From contig CP181253.1 of assembly GCA_047831595.1 (NCBI GenBank), forward strand, positions 1,555,112 through 1,619,111: a stretch of 64,000 bases of DNA, in the 5' to 3' direction. This stretch comes from Mitsuokella multacida (GTDB taxonomy: Bacteria; Bacillota; Negativicutes; Selenomonadales; Selenomonadaceae). Made by a program: the position numbers and the translations under genes. This document shows, in pieces, positions 33,312 through 42,900 of this stretch. Below the pieces are notes generated by a model. It was given only the letters and a program-made list of their open reading frames with translations, did no database searches and was not told the origin of the DNA. Positions within the stretch are counted from its first letter, which is position 1. Each line of letters starts with the position of its first letter.

Positions 33312-34460
33312 ATGGTTTTTCAGAAATTCGGAGCACTGGCCATGGTGCCCGTGCTCGTAGCAGCAGCGCCTGCCTATGCCGAATGGCACGGCAATGCCCA
33401 TATCGAGACTGTTGAGGTGACGGGCAGCTATCTGACGGATGACATCTCGGAGGCGGGGCTCAAGAAGGCCCGCGAAGAAGCGCACAAGGACGCCCTGCGC
33501 CTGGCAACCGAGAAGGCCGGCGTCTTTGTCCAGAGTTATTCCAAGACACACAATCAGGTTCTTACTGAAGATGAGATTCAATCCATCTCTGGCAACATCC
33601 TCGCCGTCCAGAACGAGTCGTATGCAATGAGCAAGACAAACGACGGCTACACGCTCGTCACCTGCCATCTGACGGCCTACATCCAGCTCGACCAGGTCGA
33701 CCTCAACCAGGCCATCCAGCAGATCAACATCGAGGGCGAGAACAGGGAGCTCAAGGCCGTCATCGAAGGCCTCAAGCACAGCCAGGGCAAGACAGGCGAG
33801 CTGCCATACGGCACGGCTTACTTCCAGAAATTTGCCCAAAACAGCTCCCTGCTCAAGAAGGTCTGTGACGTAGGCTACGATGTCGACAGCGTGAGCTACG
33901 ACAAGGCGACGGGCCTGATCCGCTACAACCGGTTCACAAGAGCCGTGGACGATGATCAGCTCTATGCGTTCCACGTCGAGCTCTCCTATCCGGATAATAC
34001 CGAACGCATCTACAAGATCACAAAGATCACCGAGAAACCGTTCCAGACCGTCGAGTTGAAGTTCAAAAACGCGCGCACGACCATGCTGCCGATTGCTACC
34101 TATTCCACTGACGACTACTATCGCCGCCTGGTCTGCAAGCAGCTGCAGCTGCCCGAGTACGCTCATCTCAAGCAGCCGGGCTGGGGCCCAATCCCTCTGC
34201 TCGACCCGCCGCTCTACACCGATAAGCTCAACATGAAGCGCATCAATGGCATGCTCTACTGCTCGCTGGCCGATACCGAGGACGGCCTCGCCAACTTGCT
34301 CTTCCCGAGTTTCGCCGTCCGCTACGACCCACAGCGCAAAGTCCTCGAAGAGGCCGATATCCTCTACACCGACAGCTGGATCCCCGCCAGAACGGAATAT
34401 CTCGCCGCCATCCCCTACCTTGACTTCCTCTACCACGACGGTGACTTAGAAAATCCCTGA
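33312..34460 (+). CDS. Hypothetical secreted protein
   Basis: 382 aa with a signal peptide (MVFQKFGALAMVPVLVAAAPAYA). GAGG RBS. I recognise no family. The coding call rests on ORF length and on the opposite-strand ORF having the low-complexity look of a shadow ORF. Confidence 0.6.
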   Translation: MVFQKFGALAMVPVLVAAAPAYAEWHGNAHIETVEVTGSYLTDDISEAGLKKAREEAHKDALRLATEKAGVFVQSYSKTHNQVLTEDEIQSISGNILAVQNESYAMSKTNDGYTLVTCHLTAYIQLDQVDLNQAIQQINIEGENRELKAVIEGLKHSQGKTGELPYGTAYFQKFAQNSSLLKKVCDVGYDVDSVSYDKATGLIRYNRFTRAVDDDQLYAFHVELSYPDNTERIYKITKITEKPFQTVELKFKNARTTMLPIATYSTDDYYRRLVCKQLQLPEYAHLKQPGWGPIPLLDPPLYTDKLNMKRINGMLYCSLADTEDGLANLLFPSFAVRYDPQRKVLEEADILYTDSWIPARTEYLAAIPYLDFLYHDGDLENP

Positions 34461-34542
34461 TCACCATCAACAGGCCAGCCTACACATTACAATGAATAAG
34501 CCAAATAAAAAGGGGCTGTGAAATAACAGGCCTCTAAAAAGC

Positions 34543-34579
34543 AAAGGGCCGCATGCTCATTGAGCATGCGGCCCTTTTT
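34543..34579. terminator. Strong hairpin terminator
   Basis: AAAGGGCCGCATGCTC-ATTG-AGCATGCGGCCCTTT followed by TTG. Confidence 0.75.
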
Positions 34580-34604
34580 GTGGTAAAATTCTCTATATCC
34601 TACT

Positions 34605-35516
34605 ATGGAAAACATTCCCACGTATCATTCTTTTGGCTATTTCATCCACGATGTACTCCAGCCATCCGTGGAAGAATTGTTCTGCGACCTCAACCGTAAG
34701 ATATTTGCAGAAGAGCATGTCGATCTCAACCACCTATACATTGACGGTTCAAAATTCGAAGCAAATGCGAATAAATATCAATGGGTGTGGAAGAAGGCGA
34801 CGGAGAAATCCCGGTACCGTTTCTCCGCAAAGATAACCGCGTTATTCGAGGAAATCAATGTAGAGCTGGCTCCTAGCGGCATTGCCATCCCTACGAACAC
34901 AGAGTATGTCCCAGAATATCTGACCGAGGTGCTAAAGCAGTACACGGCCTTCTGGAAGCTCGATGAAGCAGATTTCGTCCATGGACGTGGGCACCACAAG
35001 AGCCCGCAGCAGCGGCATTACGAGCGGCTCCAGGAATATACAAACAAGCTGAAAGAGTACAATCCCTACCGAGCCGTGAACTTCCATATTGATGAGACTG
35101 GCACGCTGCGTTGCCCCAATGGACGGGCATTCCGTTTCTTCTATCGCCAGCATGTAAGAGGAAACCATTTTGGCCGCCAGGAAGAAGTCTACCAATGCGA
35201 GGACTGTACTGGCTGTCCCTATGCACCAGACTGCAAACGGACGGACGGGAACGGGACCGTCCGGATGAACCGAGAACTGACTGCCATGCACCAAGAAGTC
35301 GTGGAAAACCTGAACAGCATCCAGGGCGCGCTGCTACGGATGAACCGTTCGATTCAAGCAGAAGGGACGTTTGGCATCCTGAAGACGGACCGTTGGTACA
35401 GGAAAATAGTGCGGAGAGGCAGTATTGCCGTCCGCACAGAGATTTTCTTGGTTTCGATAGGGCACAACCTGTATAAATACTACAACAAAAAGCAAAAAAT
35501 GAGACAAGCCGCATAA
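34605..35516 (+). pseudogene. IS1182-family transposase relic (N-terminus and part of the catalytic core missing)
   Basis: LYIDGSKFEANANKYQWVWKK, a zinc-ribbon-like CPNG..CEDCTGCPYAPDCK, and the C-terminal LLRMNRSIQAEGTFGILKTDRWYRKIVRRG..IGHNLYKY are typical IS1182/IS5-like blocks. The ORF is only 303 aa and begins inside the usual N-terminal domain. Confidence 0.55.
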
Positions 35517-35573
35517 ATGAATGTTGCACCATTCTATGGGGAAAGGGGCCGTATACCCTTTTTTTGCCCCTAT

Positions 35574-35603
35574 TGTTAACTATATATTTATTTAAAGTTG
35601 ACA
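35574..35603. promoter_or_regulatory. Candidate BirA operator (bioO) overlapping the bioY -35 box
   Basis: TGTTAAC, a 16-nt spacer, then GTTGACA: an inverted repeat with one mismatch. The right half contains TTGACA, with TATCCT 17 nt downstream. It lies about 60 nt upstream of the bioY ATG. Confidence 0.45.
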
Positions 35604-35664
35604 ATAAACCAGTAAAGGGGTATCCTATTAACCATGAATATCATAGTATCAGGAGGATTTATTC

Positions 35665-36264
35665 ATGAAAAGACTACAGCTTCGCGAATTGGTGCTCTGC
35701 GCCCTCTTCATTGCCTTGATTACCATTGGTACCTTCATCCGCATTCCCGTGGGCACGGATGTCTATACTTTGCAGTTCCTGTTCACGCTGCTCGCAGGGC
35801 TCATGCTCGGCGCGCGCCTTGGCGCCATCGCCGTCGGGGCTTACGTCCTTTTGGGACTTCTCGGCGTGCCGGTCTTTGCCTCGGGCGGCGGCCCTGCCTA
35901 CCTGCTGCAGCCGACGTTCGGCTATCTCCTCGGTTTTATCCTGCAGGCGTGGTTCTGCGGTAAATTTGCCCGCAGCTTAAAACATATCTCTTTCCACAGC
36001 CTGCTGGCCGTGAATTTCGGCGGCATGGTCATTGTCTACCTCATCGGCATCAGCTGGTTTTATCTCGTCTCAAATTACGTCATCGACGCGCCGATTGCGC
36101 TCTGGGCCGCGATTTTTTACTGCGGCATCCTGCAGGCGGGGCCGGATTTCCTGCTCTGCATGGCCGCGGCCGGTCTCGGTCTGCGCTGTTACCGCGCAGG
36201 ACTCTGGCTCAACGCAGCGCAGGCATCGCCATCTGCTGCATCTGCTGTCAAGGAGGCTGACTGA
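35665..36264 (+). CDS. bioY: Biotin transporter S-component BioY
   Basis: 199 aa. LCALFIALITIGTFIRIPVG..TLQFLFTLLAG..GGPAYLLQPTFGYLLGF is a BioY signature. Confidence 0.85.
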   Translation: MKRLQLRELVLCALFIALITIGTFIRIPVGTDVYTLQFLFTLLAGLMLGARLGAIAVGAYVLLGLLGVPVFASGGGPAYLLQPTFGYLLGFILQAWFCGKFARSLKHISFHSLLAVNFGGMVIVYLIGISWFYLVSNYVIDAPIALWAAIFYCGILQAGPDFLLCMAAAGLGLRCYRAGLWLNAAQASPSAASAVKEAD

Positions 36265-36266
36265 TT

Positions 36267-36953
36267 ATGGGCAAAACACTTTTTATCACAGGCACAGGTA
36301 CCGATGTCGGCAAAACCTATGTGACCGCCCTGATTGTCAAGAAACTGCGTGACGCAGGGCTCAGCGCCGGCTATTACAAAGCGGCTCTTTCCGGCGCCGT
36401 TCCGGATGATACGGACAGCCTGCAGGCCGGCGATGCCCTTTACGTCAACCGCATCGCTAAGATTGGCGAACGTCAGGAAAATCTCGTTTCCTACGTATAT
36501 AAAGAAGCCGTCTCCCCTCACCTCGCAGCTAAAATCAATCGGCAGCCTATTGACTTTGACCGCGTCGAAAACGACTTTACGCGGGCGAAAGAAACATACG
36601 ACTACCTGACCATGGAAGGCAGCGGCGGCATCATCTGCCCGCTGCGCTGGGACGATACGATGCACATGGGGCTCGACGACCTCGTAAAGAGACTCAATCT
36701 CGGCGTACTCATCGTCGCCGACGCCGGCCTTGGCACCATCAACAGCACTGTGCTGACGATTGAGCACCTGAACGCCCGTCATATCCCGATTCGCGGCATT
36801 ATCTTCAACCACTATATTCCTGGGGACATCATGCAGGACGACAACGCCAGGATGATTGCCGAAATGACCGGTGTCGCTATCCTCGCTTTTGTAAAAGATG
36901 GTGACAGCAGCTTAGATATAGACGCCGACGTACTGAAACATCTCTACACCTGA
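36267..36953 (+). CDS. bioD: Dethiobiotin synthase
   Basis: MGKTLFITGTGTDVGKTYVT P-loop and EGSGG motif. It sits in the bio cluster. Confidence 0.85.
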   Translation: MGKTLFITGTGTDVGKTYVTALIVKKLRDAGLSAGYYKAALSGAVPDDTDSLQAGDALYVNRIAKIGERQENLVSYVYKEAVSPHLAAKINRQPIDFDRVENDFTRAKETYDYLTMEGSGGIICPLRWDDTMHMGLDDLVKRLNLGVLIVADAGLGTINSTVLTIEHLNARHIPIRGIIFNHYIPGDIMQDDNARMIAEMTGVAILAFVKDGDSSLDIDADVLKHLYT

Positions 36954-36969
36954 CGAAAAGGAACGATCG

Positions 36970-38325
36970 ATGAATACCTGTAAATCTTACGAGCAGCGCG
37001 ACCTTGACCTCATATGGCATCCCTGCTCCCAAATGAAAGACTACGAAACACTGCCGCCCATCATCGTTGATCATGCCAAGGGAGTCTGGCTTTACGATAT
37101 TCACGGCAAAAAATATCTCGACATTGTGAGCTCCTGGTGGGCCAATCTGTTCGGCCACTGCAACAAAGAAATCAATGAGGCTATCAAGGAGCAGCTCGAT
37201 CGTCTTGAACATGTCATCTTCGCGAATTTCAGCCATAAACCGGCCATTGAACTCGCGGAAGTACTCAAGGAAATCACGCCGGCCAAAATCAGGAAATTTC
37301 ATTTCAACGACAACGGCTCTGCTTCTGTCGAATGTTCCCTGAAGATGTGCTTCCAATTCTATCAGCAGGGCGGCCATCCCGAAAAAAAGAGATTCATGTG
37401 CCTGACCGGAGGCTATCACGGCGAGACGATTGGCGCACTCTCCGTCGGCAGCATGGACCTCTATGCCAAACTCTATCAGCCCATGATGATGGACAATATC
37501 CACATCGAGGCCCCCGACTGCTATCGCTGTCCGTATGGCAAAACACGGGAGACCTGCCAGTGCGAATGCTTCGTTCATGCCGAAAAAGCTTTTGCCGCGC
37601 ACGCAGAGGAGACAGCCGCGATGATTGTCGAGCCTTTGCTGCAGGGCAGTGCCGGCATGCGCATCTATCCGCCGCTCTACCTGAAAAAACTTCGCCGTCT
37701 TTGCGACCGCTATGATGTCAAATTGATTTTTGACGAGATTGCCACGGGCTTTGGCCGCACGGGCACGATGTTCGCCTTTGAGCAGGCCGATGTCAGTCCG
37801 GATATCCTGTGTCTTTCCAAAGGCTTGACCGGAGGGTATCTCCCGATGTCCGTCACCTGTGTCAGCGAGGAAATCTACGATGCCTTTTACGCCGACTATG
37901 GCGAAGGACGCGCATTCCTGCACAGTCATACGTATGCCGGCAATCCGCTTGGCTGTGCCGCGGCCCTGGCTGTCCAAAAGATTTTCAGGGAACAGCCCAT
38001 CCTGCAAACTGCGCAGGAAAATGCGGACTGGCTCACTAAAGAGATGCAGCATGCCATTGGCAGCCATCCCCATGTCGGCGAGATTCGTCATCTTGGCCTT
38101 ATCCATGCGGTCGAGCTCGTCAAGGCTCCAGCAGTGAAAGAACCCTTCGACGCCAAAAAACGCATTGGCTATGCCATATACAAAAAAGCCCTCTCGTATG
38201 GTCTCGTCCTGCGCCCGCTCGGCGATGTACTCTATTTCAACCCCCCACTGAATATCACACGGAAGGAACTTTCTATGGCGATAGAAATCATGCAGAAAGC
38301 TATGACCGATGTACTTGGGCAATAA
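36970..38325 (+). CDS. bioA: Adenosylmethionine-8-amino-7-oxononanoate aminotransferase
   Basis: Class-III aminotransferase: DLIWHPCSQM, SSWW.NLFGH, FDEIATGFGRTG, LSKGLTGGYLPMS (PLP lysine). Confidence 0.9.
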   Translation: MNTCKSYEQRDLDLIWHPCSQMKDYETLPPIIVDHAKGVWLYDIHGKKYLDIVSSWWANLFGHCNKEINEAIKEQLDRLEHVIFANFSHKPAIELAEVLKEITPAKIRKFHFNDNGSASVECSLKMCFQFYQQGGHPEKKRFMCLTGGYHGETIGALSVGSMDLYAKLYQPMMMDNIHIEAPDCYRCPYGKTRETCQCECFVHAEKAFAAHAEETAAMIVEPLLQGSAGMRIYPPLYLKKLRRLCDRYDVKLIFDEIATGFGRTGTMFAFEQADVSPDILCLSKGLTGGYLPMSVTCVSEEIYDAFYADYGEGRAFLHSHTYAGNPLGCAAALAVQKIFREQPILQTAQENADWLTKEMQHAIGSHPHVGEIRHLGLIHAVELVKAPAVKEPFDAKKRIGYAIYKKALSYGLVLRPLGDVLYFNPPLNITRKELSMAIEIMQKAMTDVLGQ

Positions 38326-38333
38326 AATAAACA

Positions 38334-38355
38334 GGATGTTTCACGTGAAACATCC
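38334..38355. other. parS: parS site (perfect core, 22-bp palindrome)
   Basis: GGATGTTTCACGTGAAACATCC between convergent bioA and the TauE-family gene. Confidence 0.85.
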
Positions 38356-38364
38356 CGTTTATTT

Positions 38365-39114
38365 TTATCCCACCAGCAGACTGTAAAACATATATGCACA
38401 AATGAAATACAGCATGAAAAAAATCATAAACCGGAAAAGCTTGACCGATACGTGATGTGCCGCAGCATTGCCAAGCAGCAGGCCGACTACTAGGGCAGGC
38501 AGCATGTAGATGGATTCCGATGCTGCCTGCGTCATAGAAACGCCATTGGCCATGAAGTAAGCTATGGATAACATACCGCTGAACAGGAAAAAAATGACGC
38601 TGGTGCCGCGCAGCTGTGCCGGCGTCATTTTCGTATAAGCGAGATACAGGATGAGCGGCGGTCCGCCCATGCCAGTTGTCGAACCGCAAATACCGGACAG
38701 GAAGCCTGCTATAAGAGAATTGCGATGACACAAAGAAAAACGATGATGCGTGAACTGCATGAGCAGCAAAGATACCAACAGGACCGTGCTGACCAGTAAT
38801 TTCAATTGGTCAGCGGAAAAGTGCGTAAATATCCAAAGTCCGACGGGCTGTGCCAATAGAAAGCCGACGAAAAGTACGCCAATCAGTTTGTACTGCGCAT
38901 CCCTGCGGACAAGAAATGCCTGCATGATGCTCATAAATAAACCTACAACAAACATGAGCAGAATAGCCTGCTTCGGATCGTAAAAAAGCATCAACAGTGG
39001 CGCCGCGATGATGACCAAGCCAAAGCCTGTAATGCCCTGCATAAACGCCGCCACAAAAATGGCCAAGGCTGGCAGTATATGGGCAGACAGCAGGGAGAGA
39101 GCCATTTTTATCAT
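38365..39114 (-). CDS. TauE/SafE-family (DUF81) anion exporter-like membrane protein
   Basis: Polytopic, with the FMQGITGFG.. and GSTTGMGGPPL motifs typical of DUF81. The start is set at ATG 39114 (AGGGA RBS); the track start 39198 is a TTG with no RBS. Confidence 0.7.
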   Translation of the reverse strand: MIKMALSLLSAHILPALAIFVAAFMQGITGFGLVIIAAPLLMLFYDPKQAILLMFVVGLFMSIMQAFLVRRDAQYKLIGVLFVGFLLAQPVGLWIFTHFSADQLKLLVSTVLLVSLLLMQFTHHRFSLCHRNSLIAGFLSGICGSTTGMGGPPLILYLAYTKMTPAQLRGTSVIFFLFSGMLSIAYFMANGVSMTQAASESIYMLPALVVGLLLGNAAAHHVSVKLFRFMIFFMLYFICAYMFYSLLVG

Positions 39115-39205
39115 AACCTTTCCCTTGCGAAGATTCATTGCGTTTTCTACGCTCTTGTTTGTGTTCGACAAAATCCTCGAGCAGTCCTTCTCTGTCAACG
39201 CGAAA

Positions 39206-39223
39206 ATGTTTCACGTGAAACAT
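39206..39223. other. parS: parS site (perfect core, 18-bp palindrome)
   Basis: ATGTTTCACGTGAAACAT. The last codons and the TGA stop of the pseudouridine synthase gene (..TGT TTC ACG TGA) lie inside it. Confidence 0.85.
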
Positions 39224-40089
39224 GAAGAAAACAGGCTGCGTATATCTTTGGAAACAGGAGCCTGACAGAAGATTTCCGTTCCTGTCTCTGGATGACGAAA
39301 ACGCACGATGTAAGCATGCAGGGCCTGACGGCCAATTCTGGCACACGAACCGCCATAAACGGCATCGCCGAGCAGCGGATGGCCAAGGCTGGCCAGATGT
39401 ACGCGAATCTGATGCGTCCGACCTGTCAGTAAATGAAGCCGTACTACGGAATAATCCGTTCCCTCATGACAGACTTCATAGTCTGTCACGGCTTTTCTGC
39501 CGTCGGAGCGAACCTGCCAGCAGCCTCGCCGCGCTGGATTCGGACCTAACGGCAATGCAATTCTTCCTTGTTTCTTTTGGAAATGACCGGCGGCCACGGC
39601 CAGATACTCGCGGTAAATCTGGTCATGGCTGCGCGTCAGTTCATGCTGCACCTTGGCTGACTTGGCAATGACCACCACACCCGTCGTATCGCGGTCCAGA
39701 CGATAAAGAGGATGCACCCCTGCCACTTCTCCCCTGCGGGAAAAATACCCTGCTACAGCATGAACGAGCGTGTCCCTCGCCGTCCGATGGGTCGGATGAA
39801 TGAGCATGCCAGCAGGCTTGTTCACGAGGAGCAGTATATCATCTTCATAGAGGATATCTAACGGCATCGCTGCAGGAACTACTGCTGTTTTTTCCTGCCA
39901 GAAGAATTTCACGACATCGCCGGACGCGACACGGTAACGGGCATCGTGATATTCCACACCATTCACGAGGATTCTGCCATTCCACTTAACGCGCTTCCAC
40001 ATTTTCTGCGAAAAGCCCCACGGGCCAAGTGCCAGCTGCCGGAGTTCTCTGCCGGACTGCGCCGCCTCTACAGTATAGGATACTTCCAT
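39211..40089 (-). CDS. RluA-family pseudouridine synthase (RluD-like, with N-terminal S4-like region)
   Basis: ORF trimmed to ATG 40089 (AGGAGA RBS). It carries HRLDRDTTGVVVIAK (catalytic Asp motif) and GRTHQIRVHL. Confidence 0.85.
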   Translation of the reverse strand: MEVSYTVEAAQSGRELRQLALGPWGFSQKMWKRVKWNGRILVNGVEYHDARYRVASGDVVKFFWQEKTAVVPAAMPLDILYEDDILLLVNKPAGMLIHPTHRTARDTLVHAVAGYFSRRGEVAGVHPLYRLDRDTTGVVVIAKSAKVQHELTRSHDQIYREYLAVAAGHFQKKQGRIALPLGPNPARRGCWQVRSDGRKAVTDYEVCHEGTDYSVVRLHLLTGRTHQIRVHLASLGHPLLGDAVYGGSCARIGRQALHAYIVRFRHPETGTEIFCQAPVSKDIRSLFSSCFT

Positions 40090-40180
40090 AATTCTCTCCT
40101 GACAAAATAAGAGAGACAAGGCCTCTCTGCTGCGGCCCTGTCTCTCAAAAAAGCATAGCTTCATAAAAATCGTTTTGAGA

Positions 40181-40216
40181 CTGACACGAATGTTTCACGT
40201 GAAACATTCGTGTCAG
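40181..40216. other. parS: parS site embedded in a perfect 36-bp palindrome
   Basis: CTGACACGAATGTTTCACGTGAAACATTCGTGTCAG between rsmG and the pseudouridine synthase gene. Confidence 0.85.
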
Positions 40217-40220
40217 CATA

Positions 40221-40934
40221 TCAAAGCGGATTTTTCGCCGGCGTTCCGGCCTTGCGCGGATAAGCCTTAGGCGTTGGCATCGTCTTTGTCACGATGATGA
40301 TGGCCCGTTTATCCTCGAGGTCCGGCAGATGGACCTCACGTACCTCGGTATGGCTGCCGCCCATGACCTTGATGGCCTTTTTTGCTTCTTCCGCTTCTTC
40401 GGCATAGGCCCGACCTTTGAGTGCGAGGAAATGACCGCCTTTTTTGACAAACGGCAGGCAGTACTCACAGAGAATCGGCAGTCTTGCCACGGCCCGCGAG
40501 ACGGCAATATCAAACTGCTCACGGTATTTTTTATTGCGCGCGCCCTCTTCTGCCCTCGCATGAACGCATTCCACACCGGTTAACCCGAGTTCATCAACAA
40601 CCGTCTGCAGGAACTTGACGCGTTTATTGAGAGAATCCATCAGTGTCAAACGAATCTCCGGACAGAAAATCTTGAGTGGCAGTCCCGGAAAACCAGCGCC
40701 GGTGCCAACGTCAATGACCGAAACACCCTTGTGGAACAAAGTTTTATCATAAGCCGTGAGGGAGTCGACCATATGCTTGACCGCGACTTCGTGCGCTTCC
40801 GTGATGGCCGTAAGATTCATTTTCTCATTCCATGCAATGAGGAGTTCGTAATAGCGCGTAAACTGCTGCAGCTGCACTTCACGAAGATGCAGGCCATAGG
40901 CCTCAGCAGCCTTTTTCATCTCGTCCTGAAACAT
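40221..40934 (-). CDS. rsmG: 16S rRNA (guanine527-N7)-methyltransferase RsmG (GidB)
   Basis: ..WNEKMNLTAI..VIDVGTGAGFPGLPLKI.. SAM-binding motif, in the conserved mnmG-rsmG context. Confidence 0.9.
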   Translation of the reverse strand: MFQDEMKKAAEAYGLHLREVQLQQFTRYYELLIAWNEKMNLTAITEAHEVAVKHMVDSLTAYDKTLFHKGVSVIDVGTGAGFPGLPLKIFCPEIRLTLMDSLNKRVKFLQTVVDELGLTGVECVHARAEEGARNKKYREQFDIAVSRAVARLPILCEYCLPFVKKGGHFLALKGRAYAEEAEEAKKAIKVMGGSHTEVREVHLPDLEDKRAIIIVTKTMPTPKAYPRKAGTPAKNPL

Positions 40935-40945
40935 GTTCTCTCCCC

Positions 40946-42856
40946 TTACTTCGTTTCATCTTTTGCTTTTTCTGCTTCCTGCAGGCGTTTCTGCTGCTCA
41001 AGCCAGACGAGCAGTACGGAAACATCCGCCGGCGAAACGCCGCTGATGCGGCCGGCCTGACCAACAGAACGCGGACGAATCTTCATGAGCTTTTCGCGCG
41101 CCTCGTCGCGCAGACTCGGCACTTCCTTGTAATCGATATTCTCCGGCAGCAGTTTGGCCTCGAGTTTTTCCATATGAGCGACCTGTTCCAGCTGTTTTTT
41201 GATATAGCCTTCATACATGATGCTCGTCTCCACCTGCTGACGGACTTCTTTCGAAAGCTCCGGCAAATCAGGATAAGCCGTGCGTAGCATGGTATAATTG
41301 ACAGCCGGACGGCGCAGAAGGTCGGCGAGCGGCTGAGCACTCTTGATGGCTTCGATGCCGGCCGACTGCAGTTTTTCGTTCGTTTCCTGACTGGGATTGA
41401 TTGTCGTTTCCTTTAAAACTTTCATCGCGGCGGCAATCGCATCGCGCTTTTTCGTGAAGCGCGCCCAGCGGTCATCTTTGACGAGACCGACGCGGCGGCC
41501 GTACGGCGTCAGACGCAGGTCGGCATTATCCTGACGCAGCAGCAGACGGTATTCGGCGCGGCTCGTCATGATGCGGTACGGCTCATTCGTCCCCTTCGTC
41601 ACAAGGTCATCGATGAGCACGCCGATATACGCATCCGAACGCTTGAGAATCAAAGGCTCCTCCCCTTTGATGAACATCGCCGCATTGATGCCCGCGATAA
41701 TGCCCTGTGCAGCAGCTTCTTCATAGCCCGAGGTGCCGTTGGCCTGACCGGCCGAGAAAAAGCCGCGGATATCCTTGAACTCAAGCGTCGGCTTCAGCTG
41801 AGTCGGGTCGATGCAGTCGTATTCGATGGCATAGCCCGCGCGCATGACATGGGCATGTTCAAGGCCTGGAATGGTCTTCAAAAAGGCCAGCTGCACATCC
41901 ATCGGCATGCTCGTGCTCATGCCCTGCACGTAGACTTCATTCGTGTGCAGGCCCTCAGGCTCAAGGAACAGCTGATGGCGGTCCTTATCCGGGAAGCGCA
42001 GGATTTTTGTCTCGATGGACGGGCAGTAGCGCGGCCCAATACCCTCGATGATACCGTTGGCCATCGGTGCACGGTCCATATTGTCGCGCAGGATTTTGTG
42101 CGTCTTTTCATTCGTATACGTCAGCCAGCAGGGCACCTGCTCGCGCGTCGTCTCGTCACTCATAAAGGAGAAATTGCGCGCTTCTTCATCGCCCGGCTGA
42201 ATCTGCATCTTGTCGTAATCGAGCGTGCGGCCATCGACGCGGGCCGGCGTACCCGTCTTAAAGCGCATGAGGCGGATACCGGCCTCGCGCAGCGAATCCG
42301 AGAATTTCATCGCCGGACGCTGGCCATTCGGGCCGCCGCTGTACGTGTGTTCCCCGACAATGATGCGTCCCTTGAGATACGTGCCCGTCGCCATGATGAT
42401 GGCCGGCGCGAGATAAACTTCCCCCGTCTCGACAACGACACCGCGCACGGCCTTTTTATCCTCCGTCAAAAGCAGGTCCGTGATGAGAATCTGCTTGACA
42501 TCGAGATTTTCCGTATTCTCGCAGGTTTCCTTCATCGTGAACTGGTAGAGCTTCTTATCCGCCTGGGCGCGCAGCGCATGGACAGCCGGGCCTTTGCCGG
42601 TATTGAGCATGCGGAACTGGATGCAGGTCCTATCGGCGTTGACACCCATCTCGCCGCCAAGAGCATCGAGTTCGCGCACAAGATGTCCCTTGCCGGGTCC
42701 GCCGACCGACGGATTGCATGGCATCAGGGCAATATTATCCATAGAAAGAGTCGCCAAAAGAGTTTGGCAGCCGATACGGGCAGCCGCAAGAGCCGCCTCG
42801 ACACCGGCATGGCCGGCACCAATGACGATGACATCGTATTTTCCAGCGGTAAACAA
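40946..42856 (-). CDS. mnmG: tRNA uridine 5-carboxymethylaminomethyl modification enzyme MnmG (GidA)
   Basis: [26 protein letters not shown] motif. 636 aa, in conserved context. Confidence 0.95.
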   Translation of the reverse strand: MFTAGKYDVIVIGAGHAGVEAALAAARIGCQTLLATLSMDNIALMPCNPSVGGPGKGHLVRELDALGGEMGVNADRTCIQFRMLNTGKGPAVHALRAQADKKLYQFTMKETCENTENLDVKQILITDLLLTEDKKAVRGVVVETGEVYLAPAIIMATGTYLKGRIIVGEHTYSGGPNGQRPAMKFSDSLREAGIRLMRFKTGTPARVDGRTLDYDKMQIQPGDEEARNFSFMSDETTREQVPCWLTYTNEKTHKILRDNMDRAPMANGIIEGIGPRYCPSIETKILRFPDKDRHQLFLEPEGLHTNEVYVQGMSTSMPMDVQLAFLKTIPGLEHAHVMRAGYAIEYDCIDPTQLKPTLEFKDIRGFFSAGQANGTSGYEEAAAQGIIAGINAAMFIKGEEPLILKRSDAYIGVLIDDLVTKGTNEPYRIMTSRAEYRLLLRQDNADLRLTPYGRRVGLVKDDRWARFTKKRDAIAAAMKVLKETTINPSQETNEKLQSAGIEAIKSAQPLADLLRRPAVNYTMLRTAYPDLPELSKEVRQQVETSIMYEGYIKKQLEQVAHMEKLEAKLLPENIDYKEVPSLRDEAREKLMKIRPRSVGQAGRISGVSPADVSVLLVWLEQQKRLQEAEKAKDETK

Positions 42857-42900
42857 CGAAAATCCTCCTTATATTATATGAAGCAAATTGTATGGCTGTA

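Noticed and set aside
17841-40216. The six copies of ATGTTTCACGTGAAACAT as a novel REP/MITE-like repeat or restriction-related (CACGTG) signal.
   Set aside because: The 16-bp core is exactly the Spo0J/ParB parS consensus. parAB and oriC are in the window and all copies are origin-proximal. They are reported as parS sites rather than as a novel element.
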